Shown here: positions 22,821-34,361 of the stretch, piece by piece
Position numbering within the stretch: the first letter of the stretch is position 1
How the letters are laid out: each line of letters begins with the position of its first letter
From: an uncultured Nitrososphaerales archaeon
GTDB taxonomy: Archaea; Thermoproteota; Nitrososphaeria; Nitrososphaerales; Nitrososphaeraceae
DNA length: 64,000 nt
Assembly: GCA_963713605.1 (NCBI GenBank)
Contig: CAVQMO010000012.1
Span: 224,001 to 288,000, forward strand
Direction of reading: 5' to 3'
Made by a program: the position numbers and the translations under genes
Notes under the pieces: model-generated
Databases searched by the model: none
What the model saw: the letters and a program-made list of their open reading frames with translations, nothing else
What the model was told of the DNA's origin: nothing

Positions 22821-24500
22821 GACATACGTTAAGCGTAATTATGGATCTACTGATGGCTAAAATCCATGTAATCTGGCCTCATGCCTTATCAAGGTAAATT
22901 AACTATCCCTATCCCTATCCAACTCACTAATAATACTCTAATCCATTCATGATCTAACCCCAATTCAAGTCTAAAAAATTGACTTAGCAAAGTCTTGTTG
23001 TTTGATAATCATCGAAGTCAAAAAATACTATGCGCATCATTACTATTTATGGGATCATACAAATGGAAATTATAAGTTATCAATTTAGTACCTGATTTCA
23101 TAAATCGCTTACTGACAATCTATTCTGTCTTATGGAGTTGGTCTTTATCAAAGAAACCAACTAGTGACTATGTAAATATCATACGAAAACTAAAGTTAGG
23201 AAGATTTATTCCACCTTTTTTGTCTTATACTAATACTATGTCTGTGAGAATTTAGAAATAATTGTTACTCCTTCCTATCGTTGCATAGCTATCTATATGA
23301 ATAAAATCTGACTGTGACTATAATGAGCATAAAACAAAAACAGGCTAACTCAGTTGCATGTCATATTGAATTTGTGATCACATGTCCTAGGATTGCATCT
23401 TACTTTCAATATGGGACTAAAACTATCGATATTGAAGGAGTGTGTTTTAGGAAGAGACAGGTGTGGCAAATGCTAGACATAGATAACAAACAACGATACA
23501 AAAAGGAAACAAGTGGGTGGAATATTACCGATGTATGACATAGTATCCTGGCCTTTATTTTTTGCTTACTATCACGATGCGACGGGGCTAACGGAAGTAA
23601 TACTGCAGATAAAAAATTCTCATCTATCAATTGGTCTAATTGTCCAGTCACATCATGTCAACACTTCAAGATATCTCTAGTTTATGTAGATCATATCTGC
23701 TGTCGCCCTATGATAAACTATTGTCAGCGGATCCTTTCGATTAGCAAATGTTTCATCAAGCAGCTTTTCTAACTAAAAGTCACAAACTATTTGTTCTTTA
23801 ATTAAACCCTCATCCCTACATATAGGAAATCTTCTAGTTAGTTTGTGATTGACCCTCTAAATCTATTACTTAGACACCACATATAAGAACTACTAGAAGG
23901 ATTTGGTTACAGATTTTGAAAAAATGCTATGAAAAGCCACTATTGGCGCACAGGACTTGACTGTTGACCATTTACCGTTGGCGCTAGCACGTATCTACCG
24001 GGGAGCATGAAATTTTCATATCGCTTGTATTCTCGGATGTGAGAATGAGCATGTCAGATAAATATTCTCCATAAATCCCACCAACAACGAATGGTTAAAC
24101 ACAACGATGAAATAGAATCGCTAGCTCAGTTGGTCGCTAGTTTAACTACGGGATTGGTACAGACAAACCGTCAGGTCATGGAGCTGGAGAGACGGGGTCG
24201 CGGAACTGGAGAAAAAATAAAATCAATCGGCAAACACCCAAAGACTAAGAACGCCAGCTGTTAAAAAGCCTTGATATACAATATAATGTTATAGTGGAGG
24301 TTCCAAAGGCTTTCAGTGAGCTTTATTGAATAAAATCTTCTCACTTTCCTTCTTAGTGACTCGATCCAATAACATTCGATACTGAAATGCCAGTCGTGCA
24401 TCGGTTAACCTTCCGATATCCCTAATTATGGAGGTTAGGTTAGGGTTAGAACTAAACATTCCACTGAATCTTGATTCTTTACGATGTATTAATTTTTACT

Positions 24501-24520
24501 TTAAAAGAAAAAAAGAGTGT
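24501..24520 (-). terminator. Oligo-T archaeal terminator candidate downstream of amoC
   Basis: Minus strand reads CTCTTTTTTTCTTTT about 30-50 nt after the amoC stop. Confidence 0.45.
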
Positions 24521-24550
24521 ATGTATAATATTTGTTTTGTTTTGTTGTTA

Positions 24551-25114
24551 TTATGGGATTGATCTGCTGTACAGCTTTCCTTCTAATGCTAGTTTGTACA
24601 TCTCTGCTACGTACGGGTTCTTGGCTGGTGTTTCAGCTCCAAGTTCGACCAATCGTGCATATACCCTTACGACATATGCTAGAGCGCCCATGAAAGCTAC
24701 AACAACTCCCATGTTAAACATCCAGTGGTTTGGAACTGAAAATATTTCTTCTACAAACCAAAAGTGCCACATCTCATTGATACCTATGGTAAACATGGTT
24801 GCCAAATATCCAAGAATGGTCATCTTTAGACCAGTATTCATGGAGTTATTTGGTCCTCTTAGAATAGGTACTTTTCTGTCATACATTGCTACAAATCCCC
24901 AACCTAGAGGAAGTGCAATGAAGTGACTGTATAGCCACCAATGAGCTGGTGTGAATGCACTATCTCTGATAGCAGTCTGATGCAATGATCCATCTACAAA
25001 GTTATCTACTTCTACTGATGCTGCAATTGATCCTAGCATTATAACCATTATGTATATTTTCTTTAGTCTCTGTATCTCTACTTCTTTTGGTATCAGCGCG
25101 GGCATCTGTGCCAT
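24551..25114 (-). CDS. amoC: Ammonia monooxygenase subunit C (archaeal)
   Basis: MAQMPALIPKEVEIQRLKK...VDNFVDGSLHQTAIRDSAFTPAHWWLYSHF...NEMWHFWFVEEIFSVPNHW; DxxxH-x12-H metal motif present. Confidence 0.98.
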   Translation of the reverse strand: MAQMPALIPKEVEIQRLKKIYIMVIMLGSIAASVEVDNFVDGSLHQTAIRDSAFTPAHWWLYSHFIALPLGWGFVAMYDRKVPILRGPNNSMNTGLKMTILGYLATMFTIGINEMWHFWFVEEIFSVPNHWMFNMGVVVAFMGALAYVVRVYARLVELGAETPAKNPYVAEMYKLALEGKLYSRSIP

Positions 25115-25475
25115 TATGTTCTTCACTAATGAAGATGCATCAGATCTATATTAAGTTGTGAGTATCAAAATCACATTCTTTTATGAGTGTTTAATAGCAA
25201 TATAGCTAATATTTTATACGATATACATGTAATTATACTATTTGCATGATTTATTATATCTATATGTAGATGAGCAGTAATGATTAGCGTAAGTGATTAG
25301 CGTATAACAAATTAATGTCATCATAAATGATGGAATAAAAAGATTGTTAGAAATATTCAAAAATAGAGGCTTTTTTGTACAAGATTCCTTCTTAAAATGG
25401 ATCTAAAGAGGATTTTAATTGGGATACGAGGGGGATCAGAAATGATTTATCCGATGTATATGCCAAATACAATTT

Positions 25476-26144
25476 CTAATTAATTGTATGTTTCATTCGG
25501 TTGACTTTTTTGATAAGTCTATCTGCACGATTCATACTAAATGACATCCCAGGGATTTTGCTGACCTCTTTTAACCTAAGCTTTCTTTTGAGCCTTGTCG
25601 CATTTCCATCATTCCCTAGATAAGCTATATGGCTTACTCTATCACTTATAAACAAATTCGAAGCTAGGTTACTTAGATCGCCCTTCGTCCACTTTGAACG
25701 ATGGGTTTCATAGACATTTCCAAACGCATCTTTCTGGCTGCTTGGTTTTTTGGGTGTTGATATCAAAACCCCATCATTTTTGCGCAATATCTTATGCAAT
25801 AGAGTCTCTCCCTGATGTTTTTCAAAATGCTCCAAAACATCAATCAATAGAACCAAGTCATATCTAGATTCAATTTTATCCAAAACTTCCATTATATCAC
25901 TAATGTATATGTTATTGTACACAAACTTATGTAGAGGAGTAATATAATCTCCAAAAACTTCCACTCCATCAATGCGGCGTAAAAACTGCGAATAGTTATG
26001 CCTTCCATCCCATAACTCTAGATATTCTCTACACAGTACACCATATTTCCCGAAACCTGTTCCAATATCTAAAACGGACATTGGATTTACGTGAATAATT
26101 ATATCCATTATCTTTGAAATATGATAATGTTGACTTGAAGGCAT
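25476..26144 (-). CDS. Class I SAM-dependent methyltransferase
   Basis: VLDIGTGFGKYG motif I, IDGVE, YDLVLLIDVLEH and ISTP. Confidence 0.9.
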   Translation of the reverse strand: MPSSQHYHISKIMDIIIHVNPMSVLDIGTGFGKYGVLCREYLELWDGRHNYSQFLRRIDGVEVFGDYITPLHKFVYNNIYISDIMEVLDKIESRYDLVLLIDVLEHFEKHQGETLLHKILRKNDGVLISTPKKPSSQKDAFGNVYETHRSKWTKGDLSNLASNLFISDRVSHIAYLGNDGNATRLKRKLRLKEVSKIPGMSFSMNRADRLIKKVNRMKHTIN

Positions 26145-26512
26145 TTATTAATAATAAATAATCAAATCGTTACGTTATAAAGATTCATCTTTCATGTACT
26201 TATCGTTCCTAAATATTATGTTGAAAGGATCGTTTATTTGGATTATAGATTGGTTATAGATTGATCAATTTACCATGAAGTTTTGTTATTACAGAGTCCT
26301 ACTCTGAGATACTCAGCAACACTTAACCTTAAGTGTGGATTACGTCAATAATAAGCTATGAAAGTTTATCTAGCTCTGCTCTCGAACATAACAAATTTCT
26401 CTATAGCTGGCATATTGCTCTTGTTTCATCTAGGAAATTTTAGCCAATGACAAGCAAAATTTATCGGTACTTGATTGATATTGGATACTAATAGGAGAAG
26501 AAAGTTAAAGTA

Positions 26513-27289
26513 ATGCATATATGTTACATCTGTGGTCAAGCAGAGGCTATTCCGTTCAAATGTAATTACTGCCAAGAATCATTTTGCAATGTTCATAGAA
26601 ATCCGATTAACCATTTTTGTCCGTTCTTAGATACTTATGATAAGAAAAGGAAGAACATGCTAATTGATAATGATTCCCCAAAATATGGCCTTCGATCATC
26701 CTCCTCTTTTTTCAAAACTTTATCAAGAGTTTTAACTATAAAAACTTCTAGAACTGAATTATTTCATCTTTCGTTAGCAACAATTTTAGTTACTGCAGTA
26801 GGCCTTTCTTTGAGCGGTTATCGATATATCTCTTGGCAGTTTCTGGCTATATTCGTCTGTGCTTTTCTAGTGCATGAACTTGCTCACAAGTTTCTAGCCC
26901 AGTACTATGGTAGTTGGGCAGAATTTAGAGCTCAAACTTGGGGATTAATCATAACAGCAATATCCGCGCTTCCATTTATGCCATTCAAATTCATTGCTCC
27001 CGGCGCTGTCATGGTTGGATTATCGGACAGAAAAAAATTTGGCAGAGTAGCCTTAATTGGTCCTGTGACTAATTTGGTGATGGGTTTTTCGTTTCTACTA
27101 TTCTCCATGTTTTACGACCCATTCAATCCACTTTTTGCTATTGGAGCATCATTTAATGGCTGGATCGCAATGTTTAATCTGATGCCGTTTGGTGTATTGG
27201 ATGGACAAAAAATCTTTGATTGGAACAAATTAGTATGGATAATTGCAATGGCAGCTGCTATGGGATTATTCATAATTGCGTATATTTGA
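26513..27289 (+). CDS. AN1-type zinc finger fused to site-2 protease (peptidase M50)
   Basis: CYIC...CNYCQESFCNVHRNPINHFC; HELAH zinc motif; GPVTN; FNLMPFGVLDG. Confidence 0.9.
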   Translation: MHICYICGQAEAIPFKCNYCQESFCNVHRNPINHFCPFLDTYDKKRKNMLIDNDSPKYGLRSSSSFFKTLSRVLTIKTSRTELFHLSLATILVTAVGLSLSGYRYISWQFLAIFVCAFLVHELAHKFLAQYYGSWAEFRAQTWGLIITAISALPFMPFKFIAPGAVMVGLSDRKKFGRVALIGPVTNLVMGFSFLLFSMFYDPFNPLFAIGASFNGWIAMFNLMPFGVLDGQKIFDWNKLVWIIAMAAAMGLFIIAYI

Positions 27290-27517
27290 TACTTTTTAAT
27301 CATAATCTTGTGTTTCAAAAGAATCTTTATTCGTTCCTGTAATAGCAATTACATATCTTAATATATCTATTCAATTGTTTTGGTACAGAGAACTATCTAA
27401 TCTGAGGTAGTTTGTATATACCAACCCAAAAGTAAGAATGGGTTAACTAATAATCATATAAAACAGGATAGGGTTAATAATGATGGTCTGAACATATCTG
27501 AAATATCTGAATGTATA

Positions 27518-28204
27518 TTGCTATTAGTTTTTGCATTCATATCGATATTTGCATTCTGGTCTCCAAGTATACTAAATTATGATTCCAATTCCACTTCCAC
27601 TCCCATTGACGATTTTATGATCTTTGGGAAATCCTTGGACAACATACCACTTAATCTTCCGGAGGTCGAAATTACATCTCCTAAAAATGGGGATTCTGTG
27701 TATCTTTCTTCAGAATTAACAATAAAAGGTACGTCATCTGATACGGATAACACTAATTGCACAATTCTTACATCTATAAATAATATTCAACCATTCCAAA
27801 ATGCTTCTGGAATTGGTCCACAAGGAGAACAAGACTTTTCTAATTGGAATTCTACTTTATTTAATGCGACTAATTTGCTAAGGCTCGGAAAAAATACGAT
27901 TATTTCATTTATTGTTTGTTTGGATACTAATAGTAATACACCTGCATCATCCTCTCACTTAATAAATCTTACAGGACTGCCTAGTGACGATAATCAATCT
28001 ATTATGTCATCAGTTTCTAGTGTGATACATGATGGCTTAGAGAACAAAATAGTCGAACAACATAAAAGTTCTAATCAATTAACAACAAACCTCCAAAATA
28101 ATCTACACACAAGACCGATACATCATAACAATGATCAAAGCCAAAGTCAGAGCCAGAGCACACTGTCTCCTAATAGCGGCCAGAGCACAATTGGAAATCC
28201 TTGA
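27518..28204 (+). CDS. Secreted Ig-like-domain protein (possibly truncated)
   Basis: Signal-like N-terminus, PEVEITSP..G...LTIKGTSSD and NW...L..G.N.I pattern, then a Q/S-rich tail. Confidence 0.65.
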   Translation: MLLVFAFISIFAFWSPSILNYDSNSTSTPIDDFMIFGKSLDNIPLNLPEVEITSPKNGDSVYLSSELTIKGTSSDTDNTNCTILTSINNIQPFQNASGIGPQGEQDFSNWNSTLFNATNLLRLGKNTIISFIVCLDTNSNTPASSSHLINLTGLPSDDNQSIMSSVSSVIHDGLENKIVEQHKSSNQLTTNLQNNLHTRPIHHNNDQSQSQSQSTLSPNSGQSTIGNP

Positions 28205-28422
28205 TCATATTGCATAGCTTATAAAGAATAAACACAAGTACTAATTTAGTGAATGAGATTAGGGATAAATATCTTTGAATATTATAATAATATCCTTATT
28301 ATTTTAAATGGATCTCAATTTATCATAATGCATCTCATAGTATTCAATTTAATCAATGCATTTCGATTTCAAATAACTGCACGTGATACAAACAAACAAT
28401 CTTTTTTTATAATTTCAGTCAA

Positions 28423-28715
28423 TCAGTGTCATTCTTTTCATGAAACTCGCAGCAGGTTTTGTGGAGGTTATACTGTTATCTGAAATAACATTGGCGCCTA
28501 TCTGCTTCATTGTATATGCTGTAGATTAAATAGGACCATCTATTACAGCATTAGCTGCATTTCTAGTTGTAACTGTAACCTTGTAGTTAGCACTGGGATT
28601 CAGTGGATTATTGATGTTCACAAATTCTAATCTTATCTTTGTACCTGCAGGAACATTTACAACACTGGTTACTGTGTAGGTTATTGTCTGTCCAGATTTA
28701 CTTGCAGTACCCTGG
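28423..28715 (-). pseudogene. Fragment of a beta-rich surface protein
   Basis: Manual translation GTASKSGQTITYTVTSVVNVPAGTKIRLEFVNINNP...YKVTVTTRNAANAVIDGPI*STAYTMKQI; internal stop and no start. Confidence 0.5.
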
Positions 28716-28726
28716 GGGAAAAATCA

Positions 28727-28990
28727 GATAGAGAAGGACAGCCTACGTACAAGAATTTAGGAAGGGTGTAGGCGCCCTTCTCCCTTGCTAACTGACTGCT
28801 TGGATATAATAATTCTTGATTAACTTCGTTAAGTGACATAGGTAATCAAATTTGATATTCCTTTGAAATAGAAGAAAGCGTAGATAAAGACACCTATAGG
28901 TTGTTAAACAAGGTATAGGTCCCTTCTCCTTGGCTTATTATGTTCATGATATATTTAACGTGAAGATAGGGGAGGGACAACCTATGCTGA
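28727..28990. repeat. Three related imperfect hairpin units
   Basis: GATAGAGAAGGACAGCCTAC...GTAGGCGCCCTTCTCC; GATAAAGACACCTATA...TATAGGTCCCTTCTCC; GATAGGGGAGGGACAACCTATG. Confidence 0.5.
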
Positions 28991-29808
28991 GTTATTACAT
29001 GACCGTTCACATGCTCTCTTTTTTCTTAGCGGTATCTTGTTTACCGTAGTGATAGTAGTAATACCATATAAAAGTATCATAATATTCACATACGCTCCTA
29101 TTCCCTATTACTTTGAAATACTAGTCGCTGGTTAGCAGGTACCGGGTTGTTCCTCATTTTTTCAGGTGCATTATATACGATTGCTGCGACGACTCCTTTT
29201 GGTTATGGACTAAAATATATAAAGACTGCAGTCGATTTTACATGGGCTGGTTTTGTAGGACTTGTTATGGTTCTACCATTGTTGTTAATTCCTTTTTCTT
29301 ACTTAGGAGCAATAATCATTTTTTGATTGTAGACGAATCGTAACTTTGCATCAAATAGTGTAGATACTGATAATTCAGTCCATGTTGATAATGCCTTAGA
29401 TCAGAGCAATACTCAAGGTAACAACCATACAATAGACGACTCCAGAGTAGCTAACGAAGCTCGCAATGACATTAGTCTCGAGTAATTGCAGTCGGCGACG
29501 AAGTACATCAGAACAATGGCCAGAGCGATGACAAAACGGAGGAGGTCTATCTATAAAAGCATTAAAGTTGACACGTCCAGAGTATGCCGATCTGGCTAGC
29601 TTTATCAAAGAAGCGGTCATCTGCCAAATATGATGTCATTATAAAAGCCAAAGTAACAACAACTGGAACTCTTGTGCTTAATGTTTTAGCAAGGTGACAG
29701 ATCGGATATCCCATGAAGTATTAATATTCCGCAAATTGATGAATATTTTTCACGGGTAGAGCTAGCTACTGATCTATATCGTATATATATCTGATATTAC
29801 ACGAAGAC

Positions 29809-30261
29809 ATGATGAAAAACCATTATTCTGCAGGAATTGTTGCCATATTAATTTTGGCAGCAATCAGTATAGCAATTATAACTACTTTGATAGAACAAGA
29901 AGTAAAAGCTCCAACCGGTCCTAGGCGAGCGCCCCCTCTTGTCATAGACGATAATGTCTATGTAGCATGGTGGAGTAATAATACATCGAATCACAATAAT
30001 GAGGTTTTGTTTAGGGTGTCTACCGATGGCGGTGCAAGTTTCTCAGATAAGATTAATCTCAGTAACACAAATGCTTCAGAATCAGAGAGGGTAGAATTAG
30101 ACTCGAATGGAGAAAGCATAGTAGTGACGTGGTGGGAAACAAATCAGACGGATGAAATACCAGTCATGAGAATTAGTAATGACAATGGAGAAACATTTGG
30201 ACCTATATTGAGATTAGCAACTAATGGAACTATTGGAGAAGCAACAGAGGAGGAGGAATAG
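29809..30261 (+). CDS. Asp-box (BNR/sialidase-like) secreted protein, intact
   Basis: Signal/TM helix, STDGGASF and SNDNGETF Asp-boxes, INLSNT and VVTWWE. Confidence 0.85.
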   Translation: MMKNHYSAGIVAILILAAISIAIITTLIEQEVKAPTGPRRAPPLVIDDNVYVAWWSNNTSNHNNEVLFRVSTDGGASFSDKINLSNTNASESERVELDSNGESIVVTWWETNQTDEIPVMRISNDNGETFGPILRLATNGTIGEATEEEE

Positions 30262-30824
30262 GATGGATGTCATGATTGTTTGATACTTTCAGGCTATCCT
30301 TACGGTTTTGGCATTGACATAAAGAAATCAATCATAGACTAAAGTTCCCTATAAGCTTGAAATAGCTTGTCATATGGTTGAGGCTAGTAATGAATGTCTC
30401 CTTCTTCTTCTCTTGACTTTGGTGGTCGTTAATCGATCCTATTTGCGATGCGATTGGCTGTGAGGAAGAAGGGATATTCGAGAAGGAGATCACAGTCAGA
30501 GATATGTTAAATCAACCGTTTACATTCACCGCTTTTTTTTGTGAAAAACACAGTAATGACGATGCTCGTACCATCTGGCATGATAAAGGACTGGTTATGG
30601 ACAAATAATCGAGCTGTGCTGAATTATTGGGGGCTCAACTTACAACCGCATTCGAAGGGCTCAACGGATTTCACCCACCTAGTAAGTCACAGTATGTCTA
30701 CTACTACTGTCCGTTTTCTTCCATAACCAGTGTGTTAGTGAATATGACCCGAAGTAGTGTAGATGCATGGAACAGATAGACAACTTTATGTCCTATTGTC
30801 TCTATATATACAGGTATATGGAGA

Positions 30825-31260
30825 ATGTCTGGTACAATTCTTTCTCAGAATGAAATAGAGTATATCAAGTCTCAGCGTATTGCAAGAATTGCTACAGTCT
30901 CAATGTCGTTAGAAAACAAGTCTATGCAACCAGATGTCGTGCCAGTTGGCTTTGATTATGATGGTAAGTATTTTTATGTCAGTGGAATAAATATTCTCAA
31001 ATCTACAAAATACAAGAATATTCTGAAAAATAAAAAGGTCGCAGTTGTGATTGATGATTTGAAAACTGTTGATCCATGGGATCCACGGGGGATAAGGATC
31101 TATGGTGAAGCTGATGTTGTTACTCGACAAGGTGGGTATATGGACCAAACCGGTCATTCAGAACATCAGGTACATTAGAATTCGTCCTAACAAGAAATGG
31201 AGTTGGGGAATTGATGAACCAGTCTTTGCAGGAGGAAAATTTAATGTTAAAAAAGTATAA
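30825..31260 (+). CDS. PPOX-class (putatively F420-dependent) split-barrel oxidoreductase, frameshift at ~31170
   Basis: RIARIATV, PDVVPVGF, K.KNI..N.KVAVVIDD and PRGIRIYG; removing one G gives YIRIRPNKKWSWGI. Confidence 0.85.
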
Positions 31261-31959
31261 GCTGGAATAGAGTGACAACGAATCGACTCTAAATATAGCA
31301 ATAAGTCCAGAATTAGTAACCATACAATCCTTTTGAGTGCACTATGATTTTCAACGTTGGGGGCTTTTGAAGCTCACGCGATTACTGAAATATTTGATGA
31401 ATACGGAGCAGATTTGCCATACTCTTTGCGTAGCTGCGCATACCTTCTTTAGCAAGTAGTAGTAGTATCAACAATGATAATAACATCAATAATACCAAGA
31501 GTAAAATTGAGCATACTACCGAAAGAATGCCTAGTAATAACATTTCAAATATATTCATCTCAGGTTAGCTTTTTGATAAAGATCGTTTCAAATGTTGAAA
31601 TTGACTTCATGTCCTATTATAAGAGGTGTTACCTTATTAGACGAGTAACTATTCTGATTTGACAACAACCGGTATATCATCTCGATCGAAAATCATGAAT
31701 TGTTTCTTGAGATCCCAGTATAGAACAAGTAAGCAAGGACCTTACTTTATGCTAGCGTATTCCTTGCATACCACAAATTGCTTTTGGTTTGCTCCATCAG
31801 GACTTTCCAATCTTGCACCACAGCGAGGACATTGCATCATAATCAAGCTGTACTAATTATAGCTTATTAATGTCTTTAGCTAACTCTAACTATGTAAACG
31901 GAGATGCTAGTGGTTGCGGTTATCTAATTTTAAAGAAAAGATTAGGATAAGTAACTTAA

Positions 31960-32563
31960 CCACTAAACAAACACCAGAGTTCTACTTTTTTTGACTTTAT
32001 TACTCTTAAATAACTTACTTTTTTTAGACCTAGATTTAGCAGGAGAAGCAGCTATGCAGATAGTTTTTTAGATTTTGACTTTGAGTTTGACTTTATTTTT
32101 GTCCTTACTACAGAAGCTGTCCTTATCCTTTAAATGTCATTTTGAATTCGTACCATTTGTTTTGCAGCTGACTGACTTGAGATTTAATCTGTTTTATAGA
32201 TTGGAATTGTGACTGGTCGATCCCTGCGCCTATTGGCTTGGTCTGTTTCTGTAAAGATTGAGTCAACGTTGTCAATTTATTGATCTGATTTCCATTCTTT
32301 TCTACCAGCTTTGATATGTTTGACAGATATGAAGTTATTCGCCTCTTCTGTTTCCTTTTGCTTATACTAGATTCCTCTTGAACCCCTACTATTTCTCTAT
32401 TCTGTTCTTGCATTTTTTCTTCTTGTGATTCTGAGACTGATATTTCTCCTATCGAATCCTGATAATCTGTTACATCAATTGAAGTAGGTCCTACTTCACT
32501 TTCCTCTAACGGTTTACCCATCTCTTCAGTGGCTATAGGTCCTACTTCTTTCTCCTCAGACAT
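31960..32563 (-). CDS. Hypothetical protein: acidic N-terminus, coiled coil and Lys/Ser-rich tail (broken frame; 3' end approximate)
   Basis: ORF 32123-32563 plus downstream KSNSKSKSK-type coding in other frames. Confidence 0.5.
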
Positions 32564-32758
32564 ACTCTGTCCATTATCATTATCATATTTATCCTAGATA
32601 TAAAATAGAGTGGGGATTTAGATAGTATCCAAATGGTATACACAATAATTGATGTTGAACTTCTGAGATTATAGTATTCAAAATCCAATAGAACGTTCAC
32701 TACTTGTAAAATCTTAAGTAACACAGATACTATCTATTCTACGGTCGAATTAGAAAAT

Positions 32759-33375
32759 ATGAGTTCAGATGATATTGACCATATGACTGGTATAAGAGAT
32801 TCTTTGGACGAGGCAGAGGGGGATTCTCTGAGGATATGTTTAGAGGATTTGATCAAATGAGGAGAGATATGGAACGGGAATTCGAAGATATTGAGAAAAC
32901 AGTACCAAAAGATTTGGTGAAAGAATATGATACACCTCAAGGAGGTAAAGTAAGAGAAGTTGGACCATTAGTATATGGATATTCAATGACCGTTGGACCT
33001 GACGGCAAACCAAGGGTACAAGAATTTGGTAACGTAAAACCATCAAGAAGATTTGGATTTGAAGCTGGTACAAGCAGACCTGAAATTAGTGGTGAAATGG
33101 AACCATTAGCAGATGTATCTACAACTGATAAGGAAGTTAAGGTTGTGATAGAGATGCCAGGATTAAGTAAAGACAAAATTAAGGTAGACGCATATGAGGA
33201 CAAAGTCGAAGTCAAGAGTGATGATTCACAACGGAAATATCATAAAATTGTAGAAATACCACCAGAAACAAATATCGAAACAGCCAGATGTTCTTACAAT
33301 AATGGCATACTAGAAATAACATTTAACAAGAAAGAGCAGTCGAAAACTAAAGGAAAGACAATAAACATAGAATAA
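32759..33375 (+). CDS. hsp20: Archaeal Hsp20, second paralogue (frameshift at ~32779)
   Basis: GPLVYGYSMTVGPDGKPRVQEFGN and YNNGILEI. Restoring one C gives the N-terminus MSSDDIDPYDWYKRFFG, matching MSFWDIEPSDWFKKYF of the first copy. Confidence 0.93.
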
Positions 33376-33455
33376 CTGACCGTAGACGATTTGACATAGA
33401 ATGCTAGTAAAAAACAAGATACTTTAGATAGACGGTAGAAGGAAGTTAGATATTA

Positions 33456-34361
33456 ATGACTATAGACTCATGGCCCGAACTGCCGTTATCAGAGTGGAAA
33501 GACACCCTTGCTACTCTGCACATGTGGACCCAAATAATCGGCAAGATCCGGCTCAAACTCAGTCCGCTTGAGAATCATTGGTGGAATGTGCCTCTGTACG
33601 TTACATCTCGTGGCCTTACGACCTCAGCCATTCCCTACAATGATCGACTCTTTCAAATTAGCTTTGATTTCATCGATCACCTACTCGTTATAGAGACGAC
33701 AGACGGTTCCATCAAGACAATCGCTTTGCAACCGCGCTCAGTCGCTGAATTTTATCGAGAGACGATGGCCGCCCTAGAATCCCTTAAGGTGCCTGTAACC
33801 ATCTGGACTACACCAGTTGAGGTGCCAGATCGAACCCCATTCGAAGAAGATCAAAAACATGTGACCTATGATCCAGAATATGCACAGAGGTGCTGGCGGA
33901 TTCTGGTCCAGGCTAGCCGCGTTCTGACAAAGTTTCGTTCTCGGTTTATTGGGAAGGTGAGCCCAGTACATTTTTTCTGGGGAGCCTTCGATATGGCCGT
34001 CACCCGCTTTTCAGGACGTCCTGCACCTCTGCATCCAGGCGTACCAAACTGTGGCGTTTTTGTTATGCAGGAAGCCTATTCACATGAAGTGAGTAGTTGC
34101 GGATTCTGGCCTGGTGGTGGTCTGGTCGATGAACCATCATTCTACGCCTATGCCTATCCCGAGCCTCAGGGCTTCAAAGACTATCCCATCCAACCATCTG
34201 AGGCATTCTATCATACTGGGATAAGTGAGTTCTTGCTGCCCTATGATGTGGTTCGTTCCTCGAAATCGCATGATGAAGTCTTGCTGAATTTTCTGCAAGG
34301 CACGTATGAGGCAGCCGCGACGTGTGCCAACTGGGATCGACGAGCATTAGAGCGTCAATAA
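33456..34361 (+). CDS. DUF5996 (Ava_C0101-like) family protein
   Basis: WPEL...W.DT..TLHMWTQIIGK, NHWW, SPVHFFWGAFDMAVTRFSGR, EAYSHE.SSCGFWPG and FYAYAYPEP; visibly more GC-rich than its flanks. Confidence 0.9.
   Translation: MTIDSWPELPLSEWKDTLATLHMWTQIIGKIRLKLSPLENHWWNVPLYVTSRGLTTSAIPYNDRLFQISFDFIDHLLVIETTDGSIKTIALQPRSVAEFYRETMAALESLKVPVTIWTTPVEVPDRTPFEEDQKHVTYDPEYAQRCWRILVQASRVLTKFRSRFIGKVSPVHFFWGAFDMAVTRFSGRPAPLHPGVPNCGVFVMQEAYSHEVSSCGFWPGGGLVDEPSFYAYAYPEPQGFKDYPIQPSEAFYHTGISEFLLPYDVVRSSKSHDEVLLNFLQGTYEAAATCANWDRRALERQ

Noticed and set aside
24118..24140. TAGCTCAGTTGGT tRNA D-loop-like motif
   Set aside because: No anticodon arm or T-arm follows, and it lies in a short ORF reading ESLAQLVASL.
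24471..24926. 151-aa + strand ORF
   Set aside because: Antisense to amoC. The same applies to the many antisense ORFs over hsp20, MFS, ABC and hydrolase genes.
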